A model generated the notes under the pieces. That model was given only the letters and a program-made list of their open reading frames with translations. It was not told where the DNA came from and searched no databases. Shown here one piece after another: positions 27,359 through 39,759 of a stretch of DNA of 64,000 nt. Origin of the DNA: Lytechinus pictus (lineage: Eukaryota); contig NC_087250.1 in NCBI RefSeq assembly GCF_037042905.1, forward strand, positions 25,546,001-25,610,000, given 5' to 3'. The translations under genes and the position numbers were made by a program. The stretch's first letter is position 1. The number at the start of each line of letters is the position of its first letter.

Positions 27359-27430
27359 TGTCTCTGCCGGGAATCGAACCCGGGCCCCCAGCTTTGAACG
27401 CCGGTGCCTTAACCACTAGACCACAGAGAC
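27359..27430 (-). tRNA. tRNA-like gene, anticodon TCA (copy 1)
   Basis: Identical to copy 3. Full cloverleaf followed by a T6 terminator. Confidence 0.7.
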
Positions 27431-27473
27431 GGGTTCGTGGCTAGGGCGACCCCGATCCGATTGACCGTCAGAT

Positions 27474-28212
27474 CATGGACCTATGAAAAGATGGACGATT
27501 AACGCGAGCATTTCTTTGACCCAATGATAGTCACCGTCACCTGGTTATGCGCATCTTAATGAGAACATACAGGTGTTGTAACAATAGCAATTACCATGAC
27601 TACCAAGGGTATCTGATCACTCAAAGACGGAACAGTTTCCCGGTCTTGACTTTTGTTGGCTGATCCCCTGTTTCAGTATGTGCCTTTCAGTCAATTTGCT
27701 TCATATATGGATCAGCAAACTTGAGAAGCAGACGATTTTTATGATATAAAATATGATATTATTCGATCCGCTAACTACCGCTCACACATAAGGACCTCAA
27801 TAACATTGAAAGATACACGATCTACACATGTTATGTGCCACGTATATCTGGAATATTATGGAGAAACTTGGGAAAATTGAATTTTAAATGGTAAACAATC
27901 AATCACAATATTGCCTCTATATTAAAATATGCAGACATTTCCCCAAATAAAACACATGGAACTAAGATTAGCAAAGGTAAACAAAAACTGCACATCGATT
28001 ATCCATTATTTCATTGATTTTCTATCAACTGCGCATATAATTTGTGAAATATAAATGTCCAATAACGAACTAATTCAGTCCCTTCTCACGGTGACGATCT
28101 TAGGACCAAAGAAGACTAGTATGAAGAGAATGTTATTCAGATGACAATTACCGTCACCTGTTTGTGAATTCATTATCTAAGCGATGAATGTCCATCTCTT
28201 CATAGGTCCATG
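27474..28212. mobile_element. P-element-like MITE, 7-bp TSD
   Basis: TIR CATGGACCTATGAA. GTCAGAT is duplicated at 27467-27473 and 28213-28219. Confidence 0.85.
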
Positions 28213-28509
28213 GTCAGATAGACAGATTTTCGACACTATACCAATTATAATTTCGTTTGTCGGGTGAAGGTGGGTTTCGAACAATGACAAGCCGACATGC
28301 TTCAGCTGGATCAAAGCTATTGCTTTGATACAGTACACGTATAGGAGAAAGTATACAAATGTGTGAAGTTACACATGTACAACAGCTTTGGCAACTCTTT
28401 TATTAAATATTGTAAAGAAATGGATGAAGAGAACAATGGTAGGCGTAGCTTAAATCAAGGTTCCCCAGAGCTATCTACCCTTTTGGAAAAATTGGTGATG
28501 CCGAAAAAA

Positions 28510-28581
28510 TGTCTCTGCCGGGAATCGAACCCGGGCCCCCAGCTTTGAACGCCGGTGCCTTAACCACTAGACCACAGAGAC
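28510..28581 (-). tRNA. tRNA-like gene, anticodon TCA (copy 2)
   Basis: Identical to copies 1 and 3. Confidence 0.7.
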
Positions 28582-29073
28582 GGGTTAGTGGCTAGGGCGA
28601 CCCCGATCCGATTGACCGTCAGATAGACAGATTTTCGACACTATACCAATTATAATTTCGTTTGTCGGGTGAAGGTGGGTTTCGAACAATGACAAGCCGC
28701 CATGCTTCAGCTGGATCAAAGCTGGATCCCGGCAGAGACATTTTTTCGGCATCACCAATTTTTCCAAAAGGGTAGATAGCTCTGGGGAACCTTGATTTAA
28801 GCTACGCCTACCATTGTTCTCTTCATCCATTTCTTTACAATATTTAATAAAAGAGTTGCCAAAGCTGTTGTACATGTATAACTTCACACATTTGTATTTT
28901 TTCTCCCATACGTGTACTGTATCAAAGCAATAGCTTTGATCCAGCTGAAGCATGGCGGCTTGTCATTGTTCGAAACCCACCTTCACCCGACAAACGAAAT
29001 TATAATTGGTATAGTGTCGAAAATCTGTCTATCTGACGGTCAATCGGATCGGGGTCGCCCTAGCCACTAACCC

Positions 29074-29145
29074 GTCTCTGTGGTCTAGTGGTTAAGGCAC
29101 CGGCGTTCAAAGCTGGGGGCCCGGGTTCGATTCCCGGCAGAGACA
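29074..29145 (+). tRNA. tRNA-like gene, anticodon TCA (copy 3)
   Basis: Acceptor GTCTCTG/CAGAGAC, D arm GTCT/AGGC with A box, anticodon arm CCGGC-GTTCAAA-GCTGG, T arm CCGGG-TTCGATT-CCCGG, discriminator A, then TTTTTT. Confidence 0.7.
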
Positions 29146-29294
29146 TTTTTTCGGCATCACCAATTTTTCCAAAAGGGTAGATAGCTCTGGGGAACCTTGA
29201 TTTAAGCTACGCCTACCATTGTTCTCTTCATCCATTTCTTTACAATATTTAATAAAAGAGTTGCCAAAGCTGTTGTACATGTAGAACTTCACAC

Positions 29295-29343
<49 letters not shown>

Positions 29344-29573
29344 CAATTTTTTATCCTGTTGTATCAGGACCATGATGTAAAACAGCTGTGCTGATCATGT
29401 TTTTATCCTGTAAAAATAAATAAATTCAAATAATTAAATAAATACATTTTTTTTTTCTAGCCTTTCCACAACGAAGATTTCGTCAGGTAAAATTCCGTTA
29501 TAAAATGTTGAATCTCTTTAACCATTTAATGTGAAATATTAATATCATCGAAATAAATGCATAACCTTGTTAA

Positions 29574-30155
29574 AGAACAAGTCAACCTCAACAAAAAAAT
29601 TGATTTGAATAAAAAGAGAAATATAACACTGAAAATTTCATCAAAATCGGATGTAAAATAAGAAAGTTATGACATTTTAAACTTTTGCTTCATTTCACAA
29701 AACAGTTATATGCACATCTCGGTCGGTATGCAAATGAGGGAACTGATGACCTCACTCAATCACTATTTCTTTGTATTTTATTATACGAAATATGAAATAT
29801 TTTGATTTTCTCGTCATTGTCATGTGAAATGAAGTTTCATTCCTCCCTGAACACGTGGAATTCCATTATTTTGTGCTTCAGGCAAGGAGGTCCTAATCGT
29901 CAAATTCGTAAAAATGGAAATATTGTATAATTCAAACAATAAAGAACAAAAGAAATAGTGAGTGAGTGACATCATCGACTCTCTCATTTGGATGTAACTG
30001 GCTCGTTCATATAACTTTTTTGTTAGAAATAAGCGGAACTTTGAAATGTCATAACTTTCTTATTACATCCGATTTTGATGAAATTTTCAGCATTGTGCTT
30101 GTCTCATTTTTCTCTATTGATTCAAATCTACATTTTTCTGAGGTTGACTTGACCT
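29574..30155. mobile_element. Kolobok-type MITE (TTAA TSD)
   Basis: TTAA|AGAACAAGTCAACCTCA ... TGAGGTTGACTTGACCT|TTAA. Confidence 0.8.
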
Positions 30156-32260
30156 TTAAATTCGCCAGTTTTGGTCTGTGATACATGAAAAGTACCGGAA
30201 TAAAGACTTTCTTTTAATGAAGATCCAACGACCACCGAGGTGTTTTTTTTTATAAATCAATAATTTATTTATTTTCTTGCCTTCTACATGTATGGAAGCT
30301 GGTATGTTTGCTAAATTTAGACATTTTACTACAAAATTCAAATAACAAAAAATAAAAAAAATTGGAGAAGTTCCATTGCTAGATATTCGCCGTTTAATAG
30401 AAGTTTACCCTTAAAGGAATACCTTCCCAGATATTAAGAGGGCGTTTTGGAAATGAGTACGCGAACGGCAACGGTGCGCATTGACACCAACGTCATACGA
30501 CGTTAAAGCCATGTTCTGAATGCTCGAACTCTGACCATTTGTAAGTAATTACACGCTTCGACTGCTGTTTGCAGATCTTGGTTCCACCTACTCGGCTGTG
30601 TGAAGTGACGTCAACAGATTTTGGGGGCTAGCACCGATGTAACAAGAATGTGTACCATGTGTGCATTTGCTTCCGTCAATGGCTGAACATTCGATTTTCT
30701 GGTGATCATCGTAATGGACATGGTGGCGAGTATGGCACGTAACATTAATGTCAAACAGCGCCCTCTTAAAGCCAAGGAACGCTTACCTTTCAATCTCACC
30801 TTTTTTTTGCCCTCCAGTATAAACTTATGAATTAATTATCTTAAATCACGAAATATCTAATAGTTTTTAGCTAAAAAAAAAAACCCGTTAGTTATTATTT
30901 TACTTGATTTTCAGAACTTTTCAGGTCCTCGGAAACGATTTTTAGATATTGGTGCTGAAGTATTTGTTTAGGGGGTTGTCATCAGTAGAAAATACTAGCA
31001 AACAATTGAATAAACAATCGTTACTGCTCCCACATCTCCGTCATAACTTTTTTTTTTTTTTTTTTTTTGGGGGGGGGGTTGTCAACATGATTTAAAGGGG
31101 TGCTGCCCATATGTGGTAAATTATATACGCCGCATTCTCACTTCCCATGGATATGGAACGTTTTGGTGTGGGGGGGGGGGGGGGTGAGGGGTCATGATGG
31201 ATTGAATGATTGTAATCGTAATGTATAATTCAGTTACCTTGTATTTTCTTTTTACCACTGGCGAACTTGTTATATTTTGGACTATAAACAAATAAATCAA
31301 ATTTTATGTTCCTTACGTACTTCACAGTCTTCTATTTTTTTTCTATTTCATGATTAAAACAGGTGTTTGGGAGGGGGTGGGATTTCAGCAGAAAAGTGTG
31401 GCTGACAATACGGAAATTCACATTCATATGGTCATTCTTTTTCACGTTTATTTAAAAAATGAGGAGCGTGTGCAGAAACAATCCCAAGCCCTGGTTATAA
31501 TTTTAGATCATACAGTGTTTACCTACAGGTCGTGTTTCCCTCAAGCAAATTACCCGAGAGTTGGCACTGTCATTGGATGACCTGCCCGACACTGCTCACC
31601 CATTAATATATATTTTTTTCGTCATGTTCAAGCAAGGGTCTCACGTTCAATCGATAGTTTTTGCATACTTTTATGAGTTATAGATGAACGAAATAAACCA
31701 ATTTAGAGGTGAAGACCTGATAAGATATACCAAAAACGATCAAGTAGGGTGTAGATTATTTCTGCCATTTATTACCCTTCATTTGAATGTCATATTCCAT
31801 TGCTGCATACATTTCATTTTCCCATACCTAGGAATATAAAAATGTATGTTTGAAGAGTAATGAAAACGCCACCTTTTACGATTGTTTGTTGGAACGGATA
31901 AAAACCAATGTTTGGTACTGCCTTGCATGTATCATATTATATATTTTTATCATGAATTATCGATCGCAAAACGTTCGAATTGTCAATATTAAATAATGAA
32001 TGAAATACCTCAAGGAAATGCTAGGTTTTTTCTTGTTTACTCTGTTATTATTATTATTTTTTTAATGAAAACATTCTTTTAATTGCCATGCATGAAACAG
32101 GGGAAAAGGATTCTGTTCAAAAGAAGTAATATCCCCCTTTCTTTTCAATTAAAATTTGTGTAACTAATTTCATTGCTTGCTAATTAATTATATGTCTAGT
32201 AGTGTATGAATGACTGATAATTCTTAGTTCAATTTTTCATTCATTTATCCTTCCAGAAAT

Positions 32261-32564
32261 ATGTCTTCTCATGGAGGTATTACCGATGAGCTTCTCTGTA
32301 AGCTAGCTGAACACATCGAGACAGGTGAACAGATGGAGGCCTTGGCACGAACGCTAGGATTCAACACTGCAGCCATCAATAGATACATAGAAACTAGCAG
32401 ACTGGAAGGACGGGTCACGTGTAAGGGAACACGTGACATGATGTTTGATTGGAGACAGAGGGTGGATCTATCCAATCAGCATCCTAGGCTGAAACAAGCT
32501 CTCATTGATGCTAGACTAATCATGCTTGCTGAAACTTATCTCAATGACACATTAACAACCCAAG
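32261..32564 (+). CDS. NLR gene exon: Death domain
   Basis: Acceptor TTCCAG at 32256, then ITDELLCKLAEHI...LARTLGF...MMFDWRQ...LKQAL, then donor CAAG|GTGAGT (phase 1). Confidence 0.85.
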
Positions 32565-33082
32565 GTGAGTATATTACTCAGGTCAGATATATTCTAAACG
32601 AATCAAAAATGAAATAATTATCTTTGTTTTGTTGCTTTTATGAATAATGAGTGTCAACCATGCACGCTAACTCTATCCGTAAAATCCTTATCTTTAAGGA
32701 GCATCAAATTATCATTTTTTTTTTAAATTGACAATAATGTACATTTTTCATTGTCATCTGATAAAGATGAACTTAGAGCATAATAAAAAAACCACAAATA
32801 ATCTTATTACTTATGAATATGAATTCGACATACTTTCACAAAATATAATGACCTTTTAATACGCAGTGTATATTACTCATCTCAAAGATAATTTTGGCCA
32901 TCTACTACTGAGTGTAAATATTTTGCATCAAGTTTCAATAAACATTTTTTTTTTCATTTTTCCTTTCTCGGGGAATTGTCTCTTTGAATGTATTTTTAAG
33001 ATGTTCGTTGTTCATATTTAATAACTTTGTACTATCATATTGAAAAGTAAAAAAAAAAAAAACCTGCACTAGTTTCTCATAT

Positions 33083-33889
33083 GAAGAGCTCACTTGCAAA
33101 AGGGGTTAGGTCCATTTTTCATCAAATTTGATTTTTTGGTCTCAATGTATAGATTTTTAGTAGCTCTATTAGATGATACCAAAGAAAAGTTGAAATTATC
33201 ATTAAAAAGTTATCTAAAATGGCAAATAATTTTTTTTTCAAAAGGGGTTAGGGCCATTTCAGTTTGTTGAAAAAAGGGCTAGGTCCACGCAGTATTTTTT
33301 GGAAAAGAATATTTAAAAAAATATGAAGACAGGTAGATTTCCTTTGTACCCAATTTGATGTTCTCATGGTAGGGTATCATGACAATTTAGTTTCGCATAA
33401 GAATATTGCAATATGGGAGAATAAAAAAATGATTTTCTTGGAGTGGACCTAACCCCTTTTGAAAACAAACTATTCTGAAGAGCTAATTTTTCAAAAGGGG
33501 TTAGGTCCATTGTTCATAATTTTTTAAGGTTTTCTGTCTCAAAACCTCTAAATTTTAAGTCATTCTGAAGAAAACAACGAAAATTTGAAATTCACATGAA
33601 AACGTGAATAAAAGTGGCAAAGAAAAATCACTTTTTTTTAATCAAAAGAGATTGGATTCATTTCAGTTTAGTTGCAAAAAGGGTTAGGTCCACGATGATA
33701 ATTTTTAAAAGAATATATAGAAAAAAAAGTGAAGACAGGTAGATTTCTTTTATAGCCAATTTTATGTTCACATGATAGGGTAGTACATCATGAAAATTTA
33801 GTTTCTCATAAGAGTATTGCAGTAAGTGAGAATAAAAATATGTTTTCCTCGGAATAGTGGACCTAACCCCTTTTGCAACTAAACTCTTC
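33083..33889. mobile_element. Sola-like MITE in NLR intron
   Basis: ATAT|GAAGAG...CTCTTC|ATAT, with repeated AAAAGGGGTTAGGTCCA motifs in both orientations. Confidence 0.75.
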
Positions 33890-34005
33890 ATATATCAAGT
33901 CGATTATGTCTCCTTTTTCGAATCGTCTATATTTGTCTTATTTGAAAGGGCGGATATCACGTGGCTGAACTCATTTTGCTCAATGTATTTGTTATATCAT
34001 TCCAG

Positions 34006-35573
34006 ATATATACAGTGAGAAGATTTCGGAATCTCTGACTGTTCGAAAATGTCGCACAATCTTGGAGGACAAATATTCGAATCAGCTATGTAAAATTCAA
34101 ATGAAACCTTGGGATAAAGACGATTATGCAGAGTTTGAAGATATGCACACCGTTGTTACCATAGTAAAAAAGGATGCTCGTGGGAGAGATATTACGGAAA
34201 AACAAATACTTCAAGGCTCTGTTGGGAAAATATTTTCAGCCAAAGTAAATGGAAAGTTTCCATCTCGAATCCTTATTTCGGCTCCGGCTGGACGAGGAAA
34301 GACGACAGCTGTTGCTAAGATGGCACACAACTGGGTTCACAGAGAGGAAGGGTCAGGATTAGAAGACTTGCCACTTCTGTTCGTAGTCAAGTTTCGAAAC
34401 ACAAGCCACAGTACATCGATTGGAGAAGCCATCATATCGCAACTCCTGAGTGATGTTGATGATCTGACGCCAGAGGGCCTAGAGAGTTTCATCAGGGAGC
34501 ATCAGGGAATCTGTCACATTGTACTAGATGGGCTCGATGAGTATGCTGGTATCTCTTCCTCGAGTAACATCATGAGGATTCTCCGCTGGGAAATGTTTCA
34601 ACAATGTCGAGTTCTTGTAACAACTCGACCTCACCTAGAAGACGTTTTCAGTAAAGAAGATCTACCAAGGGTGTACACAAAGATGGAAATCGAAGGTTTC
34701 TCAAGAGAGAGCACACGCGATTACATTGACATGTTCTTTACTTCAGTTCAGAAACCTATGAAAGCAAATGGTCTGAAATGTTACCTCGCTGAACATCCAC
34801 TTATTGAGGAACTAGTCAAAACACCCCTATTTTGCCTCATGGTTTGTCACCTATGGTCTGAAGATCTACTCCACCGTGAGATTTCAACCCAGACAGCAAT
34901 ACTCGACAAAGTAAACGTTTTTTTAATGCACCACGCAAATGAACGAACTGATGGATTATTCATGCCTGAAACTCTAGACGCAATAATCCACAAACTGGGT
35001 AAAGTTGCTCTTACTGGTCTGCTTAATGATTCTAAGAAGCTAGTATTTACCCCTCGTGATTTTCAGAAGATTCCCTCTGCCCTTGATATGGCTTGTGAGC
35101 TAGGAATAGTGTCTAAGACAACTGTATCAACTGCTCGCCTTTCTCGAACTAACAAAACAAACTCTACTACTATAGAATTTTATCACAAACTTGCCCAAGA
35201 ACACGCAGCTGGAAAGTTCCTCGCTGATAAAACAAGCCATTTGCAGCTGAAGTTGAAGATCTCTCAGTTAGACCGAGTGCTGCGAAAGATTAAAAGAAAC
35301 ATTGGTGAATATGAAAATCTTATTCGTTTTGCTGCTGGTTCAAAGAACAGCCTCTGTATTCGAATAATGGAGACGCTTCTGACAAATAAATATTTATCTG
35401 AGAGTGAGCGTTATCGTATTCTCCTAGATTGCTCGTCCGAGTCAGGGGTTAGCGATGGGAATGTGTCATTACTGGTGCAAAGGTGTGTGACGTCACAAAG
35501 TATTCTTTTGAGGTCACCAACAATCTACACTGCTGTTGGGATGCAAAATCTTCCAAGTGAGCTGAAACAGAAG
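34006..35573 (+). CDS. NLR gene exon: NACHT NTPase + winged helix/HD2
   Basis: Phase-1 acceptor at 34005 joins the Death exon in frame. Walker A APAGRGKTT, Walker B IVLDGLDE, sensor VLVTTRP, PLF, FYHKLAQEH. Donor AAG|GTATTC (phase 0). Confidence 0.92.
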
Positions 35574-35629
35574 GTATTCTAATGTCAGATAATAATTTCT
35601 AGAGAAATAGGATAATGTTATACTTCATT

Positions 35630-35825
35630 CACTGTAAAAAAAAAATGAAGTGCTAAATTACGGTGCTTGCATAGTGACTGCACTACAATTGCTAATATTC
35701 TAGTTTAAATTTAAACTAGTGTTGACTTTCTACTTTAAATTAAAACTAGAAAATCAACACTCGTCGTGCAGTCACTATACAAGCACCGTAAATGTTGAAT
35801 TAGCACTAATTTTTTTTTTACAGTG
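35630..35825. mobile_element. Palindromic CACTG-type (EnSpm-like) MITE
   Basis: CACTGTAAAAA...TTTTTACAGTG, with a nearly fully palindromic interior. Confidence 0.7.
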
Positions 35826-36143
35826 TAAAGGTCTATTTTATACCGTCAATAGTATAATGTTAACCGATTTAATCATTTTAGAATGAAAACAAATCAATTA
35901 ATTAATCCATGGGGCAAAATGGAAACATATTGAAAATGACAAGTAAAAAAAAAGGCATTTAAAGTCCGTTTTACTTAATTTGTGTTTATTGTAGGACATA
36001 ATCCTATGATATAAACAAAAAATTAACGGTACTCCATTTCCAGAAAGTATAGGTTATTGAAGCATCTAATACCAGTGATAATAGATAATTCGTCTGTGTC
36101 TCCCTTCTCTACTTACCATTCCCCCTTTCATGTTTATTTACAG

Positions 36144-36688
36144 GTTCTTAGTGTGAAATTCGAGAATTCTGTTCTGACAACCGTTGTGACAGAGGGACTA
36201 TGGAGATGCCTTAAATCATTTACGATGTTAAGTTCTCTCACCATCTCAGACTCATCTATCGATTTCCCTCCATCTCCTACTGAGCTACCATCCATCAGAA
36301 GTCTATCAGTTGAGGGAGTGACGTCACAGTGCTATAAAGGTCTGATCTCAACGCTCCCTGGTTTGACAGACATGATATATATCGATGTAACTATCGATGA
36401 TTCAGAGGAGGACATAGCCCATATCGTATCTGTTCTCCTTCGGACAGGGGGACAGAAGCTCGAACGAATAATTATTCGTGACACTCCGTCATCATTCCCG
36501 TCACGGAAGAGACCTTTGTGGAGTGAGACAGAGGGAGGACTGAGGCTGCTATTCGACAAATCTGATTATTCGGACACTGCCACGAACATGCTCATATTGC
36601 AAAGCGCTAGACATATGGAAAAGAAAGGTCATGTTGAAGTCTTAGAGTCGTTTGCATTTTTGGCACAATTGGCTCGACTTAAACTAGA
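36144..36688 (+). CDS. NLR gene exon: degenerate LRR region
   Basis: Acceptor TTACAG at 36143 (phase 0). LRR-like LSSLTI, LPSIRSLSV, LPGLTDM, LERIII. Donor GA|GTGAGT (phase 2). Confidence 0.8.
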
Positions 36689-37431
36689 GTGAGTTGATAT
36701 TTTTAGACAATAAAACATATTGTACGTGGTTGCGTTCTTAGATAAAAATTGAATCAGCTACAAAGATTAGGCAAATTAAAATCCACCACAATTCTATCAA
36801 TGCAACATGTACAGTTTATAGAAAGTTGTATGCCCTTCTTATTTTGTTTTCCTACTCTCAATCAATAATCATTTCCATTTGAATTTGCAACTGCGTCCAC
36901 AATTTTCAAATGAACGATTGTCCTAAAGAGCCTAGAGAAAAAGTAAAGCAATTAAAATAATATTGATAATTTTTATTACGCCTATACTAAATTATTGTCA
37001 TCACTTACTTTTCTTTTCGTTTCTTTTTTATTACACATTGATGACGTTATGTAAATCGTAATTTTCTTTAGTACTAACTTACATAACGTATTGCAAGAAA
37101 AAAAAACCGTGGACCTTACAAGGTAAAAAAACGAATGCTGTATTATACTGCATTATCATGACGATTGAATCATTTGACCACAGGGTTTTATTACGTTCCC
37201 GAAGTATATGAATTGGAGGCATAACTGGCCATTTCCCCTTGATATACATGCTAGGGATCTATTAAAAGGGTAATCCATTGACATGGAAGATTTCTTTTAG
37301 ACATTTTTTGTTAACAAAAAATAAAAACGGATTTAGAGATCATAAGGCCATCGATATGTTTCCGACAACACGTTTTTTATTTTTCCCTCAAAATGATATG
37401 TCATAATATAGCATTTTCCTCTATTATATAG

Positions 37432-37480
37432 ATTCCGTGATGGTGGGTCTTTCAACTTCGAAAGGACGTTTGGGGTAAAG
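37432..37480 (+). CDS. Probable small NLR exon (49 bp); the gene continues downstream
   Basis: TATAG acceptor with a matching phase, open frame (E)FRDGGSFNFERTFGVK, donor AAG|GTGAGC. Confidence 0.55.
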
Positions 37481-38702
37481 GTGAGCATTGATTGTTTCGA
37501 AGTGTTTTGATATGTTTAATGTGCTTAGCATTACCACTAAACGATCATTGAAAGCAATCGAACGTATGATCCCATCATTAGGAAAAGTGTTTAAACGCAA
37601 TTATTAGCCCCCTGTTCGCATGCAGGTTCTTATTCTAAAGTACTATATTTTTAAATACGATAACTAAAGGGGAAGTTTACCCTGAAGAAGAAAATGTTAT
37701 AACTGGCGCATTAATGATGTGGAGCTCATCCGGGATCTCGCAACAAAATTTTAATTTCAGCCTATTTGACACTGTAGTGAATTACATTGGTGACATAAAT
37801 TGAGGATATAGAATTGAAATTGATAAAAAAAAATGACATAGAAGCATTTTTTTGTGTGATCTATGATTAAAGTTTATGTAAATTAAGCATAAATAATTTT
37901 CTAGTCAAGATTCCTAAACTCTGTAGAACCTTGGTGAACCTCATGTAGCTCTCAGATGGAACAAAAATAATCAAAATCAATCAACAAAAAAATAAGTATT
38001 TTTGCGAGTTTTGAAAATATATGAATAAATTAGCATATTTAATGAGTTTCGAAATTCTGTGTCGAAATGTTGTATCTACACCTCGAGCTATCATATAAAG
38101 CAAACAAAATTGAAATTGATCAATAAATGAAAAAAAAAACGCTTTTTGTGATTTACGAATAAACTGCAGAAATTAGCATAAATTCCTACGATATCGCGAT
38201 CGCGAAACATTTCTACGAACAGCGTCATCGAAAGGGAAATCGCATAAAGTCAACGATTCTCGTATCTTCGTAAGCGACGACGTCCATCCATCGACTCGTA
38301 AGGAACATCAGATCTTGATGAAGAAAGTTCGCGAGCTTCGCGCTGCAGGAAACTTCGCCTTTATTCCGTGGTCAGTTCCCCGTGTCATCAAATATAAAGA
38401 AGGGAAAAAAGATGATCCTGGCGCTTTAAAAACAATCAGGCCGGACGACCTTTAACATGTTCGATCATTTGCAAAGGAAAATGTAAACACTGAGTGTCAC
38501 GTATGGAGCTCCATACACTGTTTGGCAGATGCTAATCATCAGTGCTGTTACTTTTTTGTTATGTACAATTTATGAGCAATATATTTTTTTACAGTGTCCT
38601 CTACACATGATACAAAGAATCAATTTATTCAAGGATACGAATAGTAGAAAAAAATTATTTTCCGAAGTGGTATATATGGGATGTAGTTTAATTAAAATGA
38701 TT

Positions 38703-39356
38703 GCGAGAATAAATACAGTTCACACATGAAATTGCCATTTCTCAACTTTTATTGTCACTGGGGGATATTCCCAGATTAAGAACAATTTTCCAACAATATT
38801 TAACAATTAAGCAAGATCAAACAATTGAGACCTCGGCGAAGGAGGTCCAAAGAAAGGGGGGTAACCGGGTCATGTGACCTGCGGAAGGAAGACATCCTAC
38901 CGCGACTCCAGGGCAGGTATTTCCTGGGGTGCGGTTCCCCTATACAATTATCAACTATTCAATATTATGTTCTCGAGTGTCAGAGATGTAGGAGGGAGAG
39001 GCGTATATGAGTATGAAATATTGGAGGGGGAACCGGGTCACATGACCTGCCGGAAGGAAGACATCCGACCGGGACTCCAGGACAGGTATTTCCTGGGGTG
39101 CGGTTCCCCTATACATTTTTCATCTATTCAATATTATAGTTATTTCGTGTGTCAGGAGGGGGAGAGGTTTCAAGACATGAATGTGAAATCTTGGAGGGGG
39201 AACCTGGTCATGTGACCTGCCGGGAGGAAGAAATCCATCCGGAATTCCAAGTCAGGAGACTCAGAAAGACGCGTTCCCCTCTCCAATATTTAATGACCCA
39301 ATAAGTACACAGTCCCTCCCCCTGGTGTTAATTTTTTTGTGAAATAAGACAGAAAC
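38703..39356 (-). repeat. Ngaro repeat B2
   Basis: Near-identical to 40124-40776. Contains a minus-strand AATAAA near 38750. Confidence 0.9.
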
Positions 39357-39759
39357 GAGCCCCCACTATTTGTGAAACGGGCCCCAGATCTAGCCCAACC
39401 AACCAGCCAAAACAAACCCAACCAACCAACCAAAACAAGCCTGACCGACCAGCCAGCCAAAACCAGGCCAATCCAACCAAATGGATCAGACCAATTAAAC
39501 AAGTAGAACAAGCCCATCCAACCAACCAATCAAGCCCATCCTCCAACCAGAACACATTCAACCAACTTAGTTCAATTGGCCCGTAAAGGGTCTCTATACC
39601 TAGCCATCAAGAATGTGGGGTATTCCTCTTGCCCACCACAACCCCCTTTGTCGCATATACCAGCGTAGTATTGAAATACAATGAAGTACAAAACATATCG
39701 TTTCCGGTTATCCCCCCCCCCCTACAGAAGTCAATGCTTTTAATGGGTGGGAGGGAGGG

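Larger units (their letters stand above)
27256..29298. repeat. 405-bp tRNA-containing repeat: tandem units plus an inverted block, bounded by (TA)n
   Basis: The period of 405 was measured at 28740/29145 and at 27260/28411 after subtracting the MITE and its TSD. Orientation switches near 28724. Confidence 0.9.
4970..29445 (+). mobile_element. CR1/L2-group LINE, degenerate and split by nested insertions
   Basis: ORF1 at 5266-6284 plus 20710-21108, APE domain at about 21270-22025 (HINVRSL, SESWL, GDFN, SDH), RT at 24480-26250 (FLDISKCFD, GIPQG, FADD). The 3' end carries a stem-loop (CAGGACCATGAT...ATCATG...TCCTG) and an (AAAT)n tail at 29365-29445. The 5' boundary is approximate. Confidence 0.8.

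Noticed and set aside
28915..28990. Hammerhead ribozyme in the 405-bp unit (CTGAAGC...CGAAAC)
   Set aside because: The core reads CTGAAGC rather than CTGANGA, and I could not build stems I and III convincingly.
29074..29145. tRNA-Sec
   Set aside because: It has a 4-nt variable loop and a standard 7/5 fold. tRNA-Sec needs a long variable arm and an extended acceptor/T stack.
28363..29373. Repeated short ORFs MYNSFGNSFIKYCKEMDEE...
   Set aside because: They are translations of the 405-bp repeat antisense to the tRNA, with no recognisable domain.
39290..39561. Trp/Gly/Leu-rich membrane-like ORFs in the Ngaro spacer
   Set aside because: They are translations of a degenerate (CCAA)n tract.
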